Positions 26,879 to 34,912 of a DNA stretch of 51,801 nt are shown piece by piece. The notes below the pieces were generated by a model. That model searched no databases. It worked only from the letters and a program-made list of their open reading frames with translations, and had not been told where the DNA came from. A program made the translations under genes and the position numbers. Numbering within the stretch: position 1 is the stretch's first letter; each line of letters opens with the position of its first letter. The stretch is from Gemmatimonadales bacterium (lineage in GTDB: Bacteria; Gemmatimonadota; Gemmatimonadetes; Gemmatimonadales; GWC2-71-9). Where the stretch lies: positions 1 through 51,801 of the forward strand of contig DASQIB010000179.1 in the NCBI GenBank assembly GCA_035631795.1, read 5' to 3'.

Positions 26879-28324
26879 GTGATACCAGACGACCTGGGGG
26901 GTCAGGTGCGTGCCGCCGGCCGGGTGCTGATCGTATCCTTCGCAGTCGGATGTGCCGCGACGGGGCAAGGGGGGTCCCGGTCGGGCGGAGTGCCCTCCTA
27001 TGGCATCTACTATCGGCTGACGGTTCGCCTCGACCCGGCCCGAGGAACGATTCGCGGTGACGTGTGGATCGCGACCCCCTCGTCGACGAAGGTGCACACC
27101 GAGCGGCTCTTCGCGGCGCCGACACTCGTGATCGACTCGATCCTCTCCGATCGCGTAGCGGCGACGGTCTTCCGGCGGGGCGACACCGTGACCTTCACTC
27201 CCCCGAGTGCGCGTCGCTCGGAGGTCGTGCAGGTGTTCTATCACGGTACGGCCAGTCCACCCGCACTCTCCATGGAGCCACACGCGGGCGCGCCGGCCGC
27301 GTCCACGTATGGACTCCCGTACGCGGCGCGCGCGTGGTGGCCCGCGCCGGGGTCCACCCTCGCCAAGGCCGACTCGGCGGATGTGACGATCACGGTGCCC
27401 GGGCACCTCACGGCCGTCTCGAACGGCCGTCTCGTCTCGCGATTCACCTCTCCCAACGGGTGGGTCACGAGCCACTGGGCGACGCGCCACCCGATCTATC
27501 CGGACGTGGTCTCGATCGCCGTCGGCGCGTACATCGAGCTCGACGACTCAGTCCAGGTTGCCGGCGCGCGCATCCCGCTTCGGTTCTATGTGTTTGCCGA
27601 CGATACGGCGAAGGCTCGCGTCGATTTCGCCCGCCTGCCGCAGATCCTCGGCTTCTTCAGCGATGTGCTGGGGCCCTACCCGTTCGAGGACGAGAAGTAC
27701 GGCGTGGCCGAGTTCACGACGCAGAGCTTCCGCGAGCATCAGACGATTCCCAGCCTGGGTCCGCGCTTCCTCACCGGGGACCGCCACAATGAGTGGATCC
27801 TGGCGCATGAGCTCGCGCATCAGTGGTTCGGGAACTCACTGTCGGTCAGGACCTGGTCGGACGCATGGCTCAACGAGGGGCTGGCGACGTATGCCGCCAT
27901 GCTCTGGAAGGAGCATGCCGAGGGGCGGGCCGCCTATGACGAGGACATCAGGGCGGCCCGCGCCCGGCAGTTCACCGGCACGCTGACGGTCGCCGATACG
28001 ACGGACCTCGACCACATGTTCGGCGCGACGACGTTCTTCAAGGGTGCGTTGATGCTGGATGCCCTGCGTCGCTCGCTGGGCGACGAGCGCTTTCTCGCGG
28101 CGCTCAAAGGGTACGTCTCCGAGCACCGCTACGGCCTGGTGACGGCCGAGGATTTCGAGCGCGCCATGGAGCACGCCTGCGGGCGCCCGCTGGCGGAGTT
28201 CTTCCGCGTCTGGCTCACGACCGAAGGCTTGCCGAGCAGCGGGGGAGCGTCCTCGTGCTCGAGCGAAGCCGGCGATGCCAAGCCCACGAGTCGCGCGACC
28301 CCGCCGCTGTTCCCCGCAGGCTAG
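26879..28324 (+). CDS. M1-family zinc metallopeptidase (aminopeptidase N-like), probable lipoprotein
   Basis: HELAHQWFGN plus WLNEGLATY (HExxH-x18-E). N-terminal VSFAVGCA lipobox-like signal. GTG start. Confidence 0.85.
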   Translation: MIPDDLGGQVRAAGRVLIVSFAVGCAATGQGGSRSGGVPSYGIYYRLTVRLDPARGTIRGDVWIATPSSTKVHTERLFAAPTLVIDSILSDRVAATVFRRGDTVTFTPPSARRSEVVQVFYHGTASPPALSMEPHAGAPAASTYGLPYAARAWWPAPGSTLAKADSADVTITVPGHLTAVSNGRLVSRFTSPNGWVTSHWATRHPIYPDVVSIAVGAYIELDDSVQVAGARIPLRFYVFADDTAKARVDFARLPQILGFFSDVLGPYPFEDEKYGVAEFTTQSFREHQTIPSLGPRFLTGDRHNEWILAHELAHQWFGNSLSVRTWSDAWLNEGLATYAAMLWKEHAEGRAAYDEDIRAARARQFTGTLTVADTTDLDHMFGATTFFKGALMLDALRRSLGDERFLAALKGYVSEHRYGLVTAEDFERAMEHACGRPLAEFFRVWLTTEGLPSSGGASSCSSEAGDAKPTSRATPPLFPAG

Positions 28325-28365
28325 GCTTGTAGGGCCGCAGGCCCGGAAGGTATCCTTGCGGGACC

Positions 28366-29163
28366 GTGGCACAGACCCCTCTTTCGGCACGCGCCGTCAC
28401 CGTACCATACACCGACGCTCACGGAGTGAGCGTGAGCGAGTCACGGTTCGCCGCGGGCCTGACGGTCCACGAGCATTGGCACATGACCGGCTATGCCTGC
28501 ATCACGCTCGCTGGCTCCGTCGTGGATACGATCGCATCCCGTGATCTACCGGCCGCGGCCGGATACACCTGTTACGTGCCGCCCTCCACTCCCCACGCAA
28601 ACGTGTTTGGGCCGGCCGGCGCCCGCTGCCTCCTGTTCGAGATCGATGGTCGCGCGCTCGAATGGTTGGGGGAAGCCGGTTCCGACACGATGCGTCCCTG
28701 GAGTGGGTTCGGCGGGCCGGCCGCCTGGGAAGGGTTCCTCCTGTATCGGGTGTTGCGCGCGGGGGCGGCGACGTCGCTCGACGTGGAAGCGTTCCTTCTG
28801 AGCGCGTTCGAGCGGCGGCCGGCCTCACCGCCCAAGGTCTCCATGGTTCCACGATGGCTCGGTCGGGTTCGCGAGCGGCTCGAGTGCGAGCTCAGGCGGC
28901 CGCCGAGCCTCGCGGCCCTCGCGCGTGAGGCGGACGTGCACCCCATGCACCTCGTACGCGTGTTCCGCGTGCATCGCGGGTGCAGCCCCGGCGAGTACGT
29001 TCAGACGCGGCGGATCGCGCACGCCTGCCGGCTGCTGGTCGACACCGATATTCCCCTTGCCCGGCTCGGCCTGGAGCTCGGGTACCACGACCAGAGTCAC
29101 TTCACGCGGGCGTTCACCGCGCGGTTGGGCGTGCCGCCGGGGGCGTACCGGGCGCTGCACTGA
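28366..29163 (+). CDS. AraC-family transcriptional regulator with a cupin-like N-terminal domain
   Basis: The C-terminus LAALAREADVHPMHLVRVFRVHRGCSPGEYVQTRRIAHACRLLVDTDIPLARLGLELGYHDQSHFTRAFTARLGVPPGAYR is a typical double-HTH AraC domain. Confidence 0.85.
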   Translation: MAQTPLSARAVTVPYTDAHGVSVSESRFAAGLTVHEHWHMTGYACITLAGSVVDTIASRDLPAAAGYTCYVPPSTPHANVFGPAGARCLLFEIDGRALEWLGEAGSDTMRPWSGFGGPAAWEGFLLYRVLRAGAATSLDVEAFLLSAFERRPASPPKVSMVPRWLGRVRERLECELRRPPSLAALAREADVHPMHLVRVFRVHRGCSPGEYVQTRRIAHACRLLVDTDIPLARLGLELGYHDQSHFTRAFTARLGVPPGAYRALH

Positions 29164-29165
29164 GG

Positions 29166-29606
29166 TCACGCCAGCGCCGAGTGGATGTGGATCTCGGACG
29201 TCAGCGTTCGGTGCACCGGACACATGTCCCCGATCTCGTGTAGTCGGTGCCGCTGTTCGTCCGTCAGCTCGCCATTCAATGCGACCACGACCTCGATGTG
29301 GTCGAGCACCCCCTGCTTCGTCTCGCACTCCGCGCAATCCTCGGCGTGAATCCGCGAGTGCCAGAGGCGCACCGTCACCTCACGGAGCGGCCAGCCTTTC
29401 CTTCGCGCATACAGCGCGATGGTCATGGACGTTCACGCACCGAGTCCCGCGAGGAGTAGGTCGTAGGGAGTGGGACCTGTGTCCGTGCCGCCCGACGAGA
29501 CGGGCTCATCTGCACTGAAGTGATGACTGCCGACCGCAATTCCCTGCGCGAATCCCTTTGCGCTCCCGGTTACTACGACCACACCGGGTCTTTTGCTCTC
29601 CTCCAT
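29166..29606 (-). CDS. OsmC/YhfA-family peroxiredoxin-like protein interrupted by an in-frame TGA (29435..29433) at the conserved peroxidatic Cys; candidate selenoprotein or pseudogene
   Basis: Track ORFs 29433..29675 and 29166..29426 are in the same frame. Together they read ...GPTPYDLLLAGLGA-[TGA]-TSMTIALYARRKGWPL...LHEIGDMCPVHRTL. The family consensus has Cys at the TGA position, and the resolving CPV Cys is intact. ATG at 29606. Confidence 0.75.
29403..29419 (-). other. SECIS-like hairpin UCGCGC-UGUAU-GCGCGA downstream of the in-frame UGA
   Basis: 6-bp stem, extendable by CC/GG across an A-A mismatch. The stem starts 13 nt after the UGA. The loop has G at position 2 and starts 19 nt after the UGA. 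Confidence 0.35.
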
Positions 29607-29637
29607 ATCGTCATTCCGGCTAGGGAGGGGGATGGCC

Positions 29638-30393
29638 CTAATGCTGTACGATCCGAGACACGGGGTGGATCTCATTCCAGTGCGCGTGATTCTTCTCCTT
29701 CACGAGCGTTCCCGTGATCGCGACGTGCGATCCGATCGGCGGGATCACGGTGTGGTCGGTGAACCCTTGGCAGCTGGGTTTCGCGTCCGCCTGCGACACC
29801 GTGTAATGGCACACGATCTCGAACACGAGATTGCCGTCCTCGTTCGATGTGTTGCCCGCGTTGATCAAATTCGCGAACTGGGGATCCACTTTGAGCCAGC
29901 CGTGCGTGTCGCCGTCCGGCTCGTGTCGGGCGCCGTCGGCCTGATGGTGCGACAAGTTTGCGGTGGCATCCACGATCGTCCCCGTGACCGTGACGCAGTC
30001 CTGCAGGATGAGCAGTCGCGAGGGGTGATAGACGTGCTGCCACAGCGAGTCGCCGCATCCCGCCATGCTCGTCGATCCAGGCACGCCGGGGCCGGGCTGG
30101 ATCACCGTGTCAGCGACGGTCGGGGATGCGTTGATTCGGACGTAGAGGCTCCACACGTAGCCCGTGTCTCCCCCGCTCGTGACGACCCGGTAGTAGCCGC
30201 TCTCCAGTGTCGGGTCGAGCAGCGTCAGCGGCGGCTCGGAAGGCGTGAGCAGGCGGATTGGCGGGTACTCACTCGACGGGTCGGAGCGGAGATTCACGTT
30301 GTGAATGACGCTCGCGGTCTGCGCCGGCGCGGGCGGGGGGCTGACAGACAACAAGAGGAGCGCGGTGGCCAGCAGGCTGATTGTGGTGCGCAT
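29638..30393 (-). CDS. Secreted protein with an N-terminal SH3b-like domain and a Cys/His-rich C-terminal domain
   Basis: Signal peptide MRTTISLLATALLLLSVSPPPAPAQ from ATG 30393. SH3b-like VNLRSDPSS...GYYRVVTSGGDTGYVW. The 479-aa track ORF is an artefactual extension. Confidence 0.65.
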   Translation of the reverse strand: MRTTISLLATALLLLSVSPPPAPAQTASVIHNVNLRSDPSSEYPPIRLLTPSEPPLTLLDPTLESGYYRVVTSGGDTGYVWSLYVRINASPTVADTVIQPGPGVPGSTSMAGCGDSLWQHVYHPSRLLILQDCVTVTGTIVDATANLSHHQADGARHEPDGDTHGWLKVDPQFANLINAGNTSNEDGNLVFEIVCHYTVSQADAKPSCQGFTDHTVIPPIGSHVAITGTLVKEKNHAHWNEIHPVSRIVQH

Positions 30394-30410
30394 AGTGTCC
30401 CTCCAGGACG

Positions 30411-30986
30411 CTAGCGAACTTCGGGCCCGCCCTTCCGATCGTCTAGGACGAATCGAGCACGAGCGGGCATCGCAATCCGGGGAAGGCTGCTCCGGTCGAT
30501 CAGCGTCGTATCGGCGATGATCTCGTTGCGCCACAGGAGCCAGGCCACCAGGCCGTACACCTCGTCGGGTCCGAGCGACCCCGGGGCGTTGAGCGGCATT
30601 GCCCGATGCACGTAGTCGTAGATCGTCGTGGCGTACGGCCAATAGTTGCCGATGGTGGGGACGAATCCCTGCGCCTTGCCGAAGGGGAATCCGTCGCGGG
30701 GCTCGCGGCCCACGAGCCGATCCATCGGTCCCTCCGTGCCCGAGCGTCCGTGACAGGCCGCGCATTTCGCCGCGTACACCGGGGCGCCGGTGCGCGCCGT
30801 GCCGCTTCCGGCCGGGAGCCCCGTGCCGTCGGGCGCGACGTCGATATCCCACGCGGCGATCTCGGCGGAGCTCGCGCCGCGCCCGAACCCGAACCGGGCG
30901 GGCGGCGCGGCGGACCCGCCTTGCTCGCGCGGTCTGCACGCCCCGGCGCCGATCCCGGCCAGGAGCAGGATCGCCAGGGGTCGCAC
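30411..30986 (-). CDS. Mono-haem c-type cytochrome, SoxD/SorB-like partner of the sulfite dehydrogenase
   Basis: CxxCH in YAAKCAACHG. Signal-like VRPLAILLLAGIGAGAC from GTG 30986, 2 nt after the upstream stop. Confidence 0.78.
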   Translation of the reverse strand: MRPLAILLLAGIGAGACRPREQGGSAAPPARFGFGRGASSAEIAAWDIDVAPDGTGLPAGSGTARTGAPVYAAKCAACHGRSGTEGPMDRLVGREPRDGFPFGKAQGFVPTIGNYWPYATTIYDYVHRAMPLNAPGSLGPDEVYGLVAWLLWRNEIIADTTLIDRSSLPRIAMPARARFVLDDRKGGPEVR

Positions 30987-30988
30987 GG

Positions 30989-32209
30989 TCAGCCCTCCAG
31001 TCCAAACACGACCGTGCCGTCCGATCGCACGCGCCAGGCTCTGATATTGTTGAAGTGGTAGTAGGTGCCGGGCCCACGCACCGCTCGGAGCGCCGCGAGC
31101 GTGGGTTGCACGTATCCCGTCTCGTCCATGGCGCGGCTCATGAGGAGCGTGTCGCGCCCGTCCCACCGCCAGAGCGAGCGGAACCGCGTGTGGCACTTGG
31201 CGAGGACCGGCTCCTGAAGCTCCGCAGGGCGCCAGCGTCCGCCGCCATCGGTGCTCACATCCACGCGCGTGATCCGGCCTCGGCCGCTCCACGCGAGCCC
31301 CGAGATCTCCCACCATCCTTTGTCGGGGAGCGTCACCGGATACGCCGGGAAGGTGATGATCGATTTCGCGTCCATGACGAAGCTGAACTGGCGCGCCGTG
31401 TCGTTCGGCAGGGGATCCGTGTACTTGGACGTCTCCTCGCGCGTCATGAACGGCCGGTCGGCCACTTCGATGCGCCGGATCCACTTCACGGAAGTATTCC
31501 CTTCCCAGCCCGGGAGCAGCAGGCGGGCCGGGTAGCCCTGCTCGGGCCGGAGCGCCTCACCGTTCTGGTCGTAGGCGATCAGCGCGTCGTCCCAACCTTT
31601 GTCGGTCGGAATGCTGCGGGTCATGACCGCCGCATCGCCTCCCTCGGCGAGAAACCACGTCGCTCCGGGCTTCACCCCCACCTCGCGAAACAGTGTGGCG
31701 AGCGGCACGCCGGTCCACTCGCTCGTACTGGTGAGACCGTCGACGAGCTGAGGTGTGAGGTTGGGCTTCAGGTCGCGGTAGGCGGAGAAGCCGTTCCCGG
31801 AACACTCGAGGAATGCGAGGCGGGAGACGGAAGGAAAGCGGCGCAGCGCCTCAAGGTCGAATACGGTGGGCCGCTCGACCATCCCGTGGATCAGCAGCTT
31901 GTAGCGATGTGGATCGATCGCGGGGACCCCCGCGTGATGGCGCTCGTAATGCAGGTCGGACGGCGTGATGATCCCGTTCAGGTCCTGGAGCGGCGTGAGG
32001 GAGATCCCCTGGTCGACCCCCGCGACCACGCGGCGTGGCCGCTCGAATGGGGCGCGCTGCCCGAGGTCGGACAGCGCACGGCCCGGGACTCTGGTCGGAT
32101 CGGGTGGTGCGGGTGACTGGGCGAATCCGGAGCGCTCGACCGCGACGGCACCGGCCGCGCCCAGTGCGCCGGCGAGCAGCGCGCGCCGGGAGATCCTCGT
32201 GCGACTCAC
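30989..32209 (-). CDS. SoxC/SorA-type molybdopterin sulfite dehydrogenase (sulfite oxidase family), Tat-exported
   Basis: Twin-arginine signal MSRTRISRRALLAGALGAAG. Mo-ligand Cys motif FLECSGNG. YPARLLLPGWEGNTSVKWIRRIEV is typical of the family. Confidence 0.88.
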   Translation of the reverse strand: MSRTRISRRALLAGALGAAGAVAVERSGFAQSPAPPDPTRVPGRALSDLGQRAPFERPRRVVAGVDQGISLTPLQDLNGIITPSDLHYERHHAGVPAIDPHRYKLLIHGMVERPTVFDLEALRRFPSVSRLAFLECSGNGFSAYRDLKPNLTPQLVDGLTSTSEWTGVPLATLFREVGVKPGATWFLAEGGDAAVMTRSIPTDKGWDDALIAYDQNGEALRPEQGYPARLLLPGWEGNTSVKWIRRIEVADRPFMTREETSKYTDPLPNDTARQFSFVMDAKSIITFPAYPVTLPDKGWWEISGLAWSGRGRITRVDVSTDGGGRWRPAELQEPVLAKCHTRFRSLWRWDGRDTLLMSRAMDETGYVQPTLAALRAVRGPGTYYHFNNIRAWRVRSDGTVVFGLEG

Positions 32210-32228
32210 GGGTGTCCCTCCTCTCGCT

Positions 32229-32894
32229 TCAGAAGCGATAACCGAAACCGAACGACAGGACGGGATACACCTTCAGATACTTGCGGACGTCGTGCTGCGT
32301 CTGAGCTTGCTGAGTCTGGATATCGGCGGCGAGCTGTGGAATGGAATCGGCACCGGTGGCATTCAGGAAGACCTTTGGCTTGCCGAGTACCGCCCCAAAG
32401 TCGAACAGGAACTTGAGGGCCTTGTGCTCGTTCGCCGGGGTGCCGAACCCGAGGCCCAGGTACGGGCTCGCGCTGGGAAATTTCCCCTGCGCGGTGAGCG
32501 TGCCGACCGCGCTCGCGGAATACTCTTTGCCGTTGATCTTGAAGCTGTCCGATGCCGCGGGTATGCCGGTGGCGCTGATGGTGAGCGGGTTCGTGACGAG
32601 ACCGGTGGTCACGTGGAAGCTGCCGCGGCGGCCGGGAAAAATATCGATCAGCGCCGTGAACGTGTGGAGCTTGAGCGACGCGTCGTAGCTGATGTCCGAC
32701 TGCGATTTGTTGGTGCTCCAGCTGAAGAAGCTGCCGCCCAGTCGGGCACCGATGTGCCCCGTGAGGAGCTTGGCGACCTCGACGCCGAATCCGGTCGTGG
32801 CCGCGCGCACGTCGATGGATGCATTGCTTTGGCCCGCGAGCGAGGCACAATCGAGGAGTACGACGGCGAGACCGAATCGCAGGACCCGTCTCAT
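32229..32894 (-). CDS. Outer-membrane beta-barrel protein (221 aa)
   Basis: GGAGG lies 7 nt upstream of ATG 32894. Signal peptide MRRVLRFGLAVVLLDCASLAG. The C-terminus YPVLSFGFGYRF ends in Phe. Confidence 0.7.
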   Translation of the reverse strand: MRRVLRFGLAVVLLDCASLAGQSNASIDVRAATTGFGVEVAKLLTGHIGARLGGSFFSWSTNKSQSDISYDASLKLHTFTALIDIFPGRRGSFHVTTGLVTNPLTISATGIPAASDSFKINGKEYSASAVGTLTAQGKFPSASPYLGLGFGTPANEHKALKFLFDFGAVLGKPKVFLNATGADSIPQLAADIQTQQAQTQHDVRKYLKVYPVLSFGFGYRF

Positions 32895-33003
32895 GTCAGA
32901 CCCTCCTGAATCGTCGTGAAGATGCTCCCCTCCGAGGCACAGTCGAATATGCCCCGCGCCTGCCGACGCGCGAGCGTTTCTCTCTGCACCGTCGTGAGAA
33001 GCC

Positions 33004-33552
33004 TTAGAGAGGGCGGAAGAGCGCCGCCAAAGAGAGGACGAGCGGGCCCGTGGCGCCGGAAGGAAGCCACGCGAGCTGCTCGTGTTCCACGGCCGGCAAC
33101 GCCAGCTCCGGCGTCCAGGTCTCCACGACGTGCTCGTCGGCGTCCACGATCCAGTAGGTCGGGACGCCCATGTCCTGGTACAGGCAGCGCTTTGCGAAAC
33201 GGTCCGCTCGGGCCGTCGCATCGCTTAAGACTTCGACCACCAGCTCGAGGTGCGTGAGCCGGGCCCAGTCGAGCGTGCGGGCTTCCTGCAGCGGAACCAC
33301 GAACAGATCCGGCTGCACGAGCACGTCGGGTCCCGGGGAGATATCGGCGGGGGCGGACAGGATGTACCAATCCGGATGCCGTGCCAGGTACACCTTGAGC
33401 GCGGCGCGCAGCCGCTCGAGGATCACCTGGTGCCACATCCGGGGCGCGGGGGTGACGAGCAGCTCTCCGCGCACCGTCTCGTACCGGTTCCCGTCCTCGG
33501 GGAGCTGCCGCACCATCTCCGCCGTGTAGTAGACCGGCGCCACCATGACCAT
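33004..33552 (-). CDS. Uma2-family (DUF820) restriction-endonuclease-fold protein
   Basis: YETVRGELLVTPAPRMWHQ, VQPDLFVV and VVEVLSDATARADRFAKRCLYQDMGVPTYWIVD match the Uma2 PD-(D/E)xK pattern. The start is uncertain (ATG 33552, 33546 or 33570). Confidence 0.78.
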   Translation of the reverse strand: MVMVAPVYYTAEMVRQLPEDGNRYETVRGELLVTPAPRMWHQVILERLRAALKVYLARHPDWYILSAPADISPGPDVLVQPDLFVVPLQEARTLDWARLTHLELVVEVLSDATARADRFAKRCLYQDMGVPTYWIVDADEHVVETWTPELALPAVEHEQLAWLPSGATGPLVLSLAALFRPL

Positions 33553-33568
33553 ATGATACATTCCCTGC

Positions 33569-34912
33569 ATGGCCCTCGCCGAGCGCGTCGTGTCTGGTAT
33601 CGACGCCAACCGCACCGTCAAAGATGAGCTCACCGAGGCCCTGAAGCGCCAGGGCCGGCGCCGCCGCATCTCGGTCACCGACCTCGTCAACCCGCGCCAG
33701 GCCTTCCACCAACGCGCCCGGCCCGACATCCAACCCGATCCCGAGCGCAAACAAGCGATGCTCGCGGGGACGGGTTTCCACGAAGTGTTCGGTCGGGCGG
33801 TTTCCACGGAAGAGTTCGTGGAGCAGTTCGTCGAGTTCCAGGGGGTGGTGGGGAAGATCGACATCTACGAGGACGTCCCAGTCGAGCTCAAGACGACCGC
33901 CTCGCTCCCCACAGGACTCGCCGCCGCGCGCGCGAGCTACGTGGACCAGCTCGGCATGTATTGCACGATGACCGGTCGCGACGCCGGTCGATTGTTCGTC
34001 TACAAGCGCGCCTTGTACGGCCGCCCCGGCGCGCTCCGGGCGTTCGACGTGCGGTTCCGGGACCTGCGATCGATCGAGCGGGAGATGGTGCGACGGCGCG
34101 ATCTGTTCCGCGAGGCGCTCACGCGGAACGATCCGAGCGGGTTGCCGCGCTGCGAGTGGTTCGACATGAATTGCGACTTCAAGGCCGTGTGTGGCTGCGC
34201 AACCGCGTCGCCGCTCACGCGCGTCGTTCCGGCCACGGCGATTCGGATCGCCGAAAACGCGGAGCTGGTCTCGGCCATGACGGCGCTCCTGACGGACGCG
34301 CCCAAGCCGGGCCCCCAGTTTCGGCTCAACGACCTCGTGTTTCCTCGGCGCGCCGCAATCGAACGCCAGGCGGTGGGCGAGACGAAGCCCGAGGAAGAGG
34401 ATCAGGGAGGAGACCTGGACTCGGCACTCGCCGGAATGGAGCGACTCGGGTTCGGCGACGCGCTCAAGGACGCGCTGTGGTACGGCGTACCCGGCGCGTT
34501 CGCGCGGATCCCCGTCTCGCTGCGGAGTCTCAAGGGTCGGGTTGGCACGTTCCGCGGCGTCCCTACGATCTTTCGGTCCACTCGCAGACCCAAAATGGTC
34601 GAGCGGTCACAGCTCGTCGAAGAGTTCCCCTACTACTTCGATCGCATCGCATTCGAGTGCGCGTTGAGCGGGCAGCACACGGGGCGGGTGGTGATCTACT
34701 ACGAGGCCGTGAAGGACGACAAATTCATGGTGTACGACGTGTATTTCCGCGATCTGGACGCGATCAACGCCGAGGCGGACCGTCGCCTGGCGTTGCTCGA
34801 GACCGGTGCCGCGCCCGACAAGCTGCCCCCGTGCGAGCCCTCGTGGATGCCCAACTATTGTCCCCATACCTCGCGATGCGCGTGCAAGCCGGCAACCGTG
34901 AACGCGCTATGA
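33569..34912 (+). CDS. Tandem-duplicated Cas4/RecB-like PD-(D/E)xK nuclease-fold protein (active N-half, degenerate C-half), each half ending in a 4-Cys cluster
   Basis: N-half has GFHEVF, GKIDIYED (D98), VELK (E106/K108), QLGMY (Q127..Y131) and CEWFDMNCDFKAVCGC. C-half aligns block by block but has lost the D/E/K/Q/Y residues. See findings. Confidence 0.7.
   Translation: MALAERVVSGIDANRTVKDELTEALKRQGRRRRISVTDLVNPRQAFHQRARPDIQPDPERKQAMLAGTGFHEVFGRAVSTEEFVEQFVEFQGVVGKIDIYEDVPVELKTTASLPTGLAAARASYVDQLGMYCTMTGRDAGRLFVYKRALYGRPGALRAFDVRFRDLRSIEREMVRRRDLFREALTRNDPSGLPRCEWFDMNCDFKAVCGCATASPLTRVVPATAIRIAENAELVSAMTALLTDAPKPGPQFRLNDLVFPRRAAIERQAVGETKPEEEDQGGDLDSALAGMERLGFGDALKDALWYGVPGAFARIPVSLRSLKGRVGTFRGVPTIFRSTRRPKMVERSQLVEEFPYYFDRIAFECALSGQHTGRVVIYYEAVKDDKFMVYDVYFRDLDAINAEADRRLALLETGAAPDKLPPCEPSWMPNYCPHTSRCACKPATVNAL

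Noticed and set aside
25159-27060. 633-aa plus-strand ORF crossing the SH3b, patatin and M1 peptidase genes out of frame
   Set aside because: The product is extremely Arg/Pro/Gly-rich. The three in-frame genes it overlaps each carry clear catalytic or topological motifs.
29638-31077. 479-aa ORF as one gene
   Set aside because: Only the last 251 codons, from ATG 30393 with a signal peptide, look like protein. The upstream part overlaps the cytochrome c gene out of frame.
30599-32116. 505-aa ORF antisense to the SoxC-type gene
   Set aside because: It is a shadow ORF of a gene with a Tat signal and a Mo-Cys motif.
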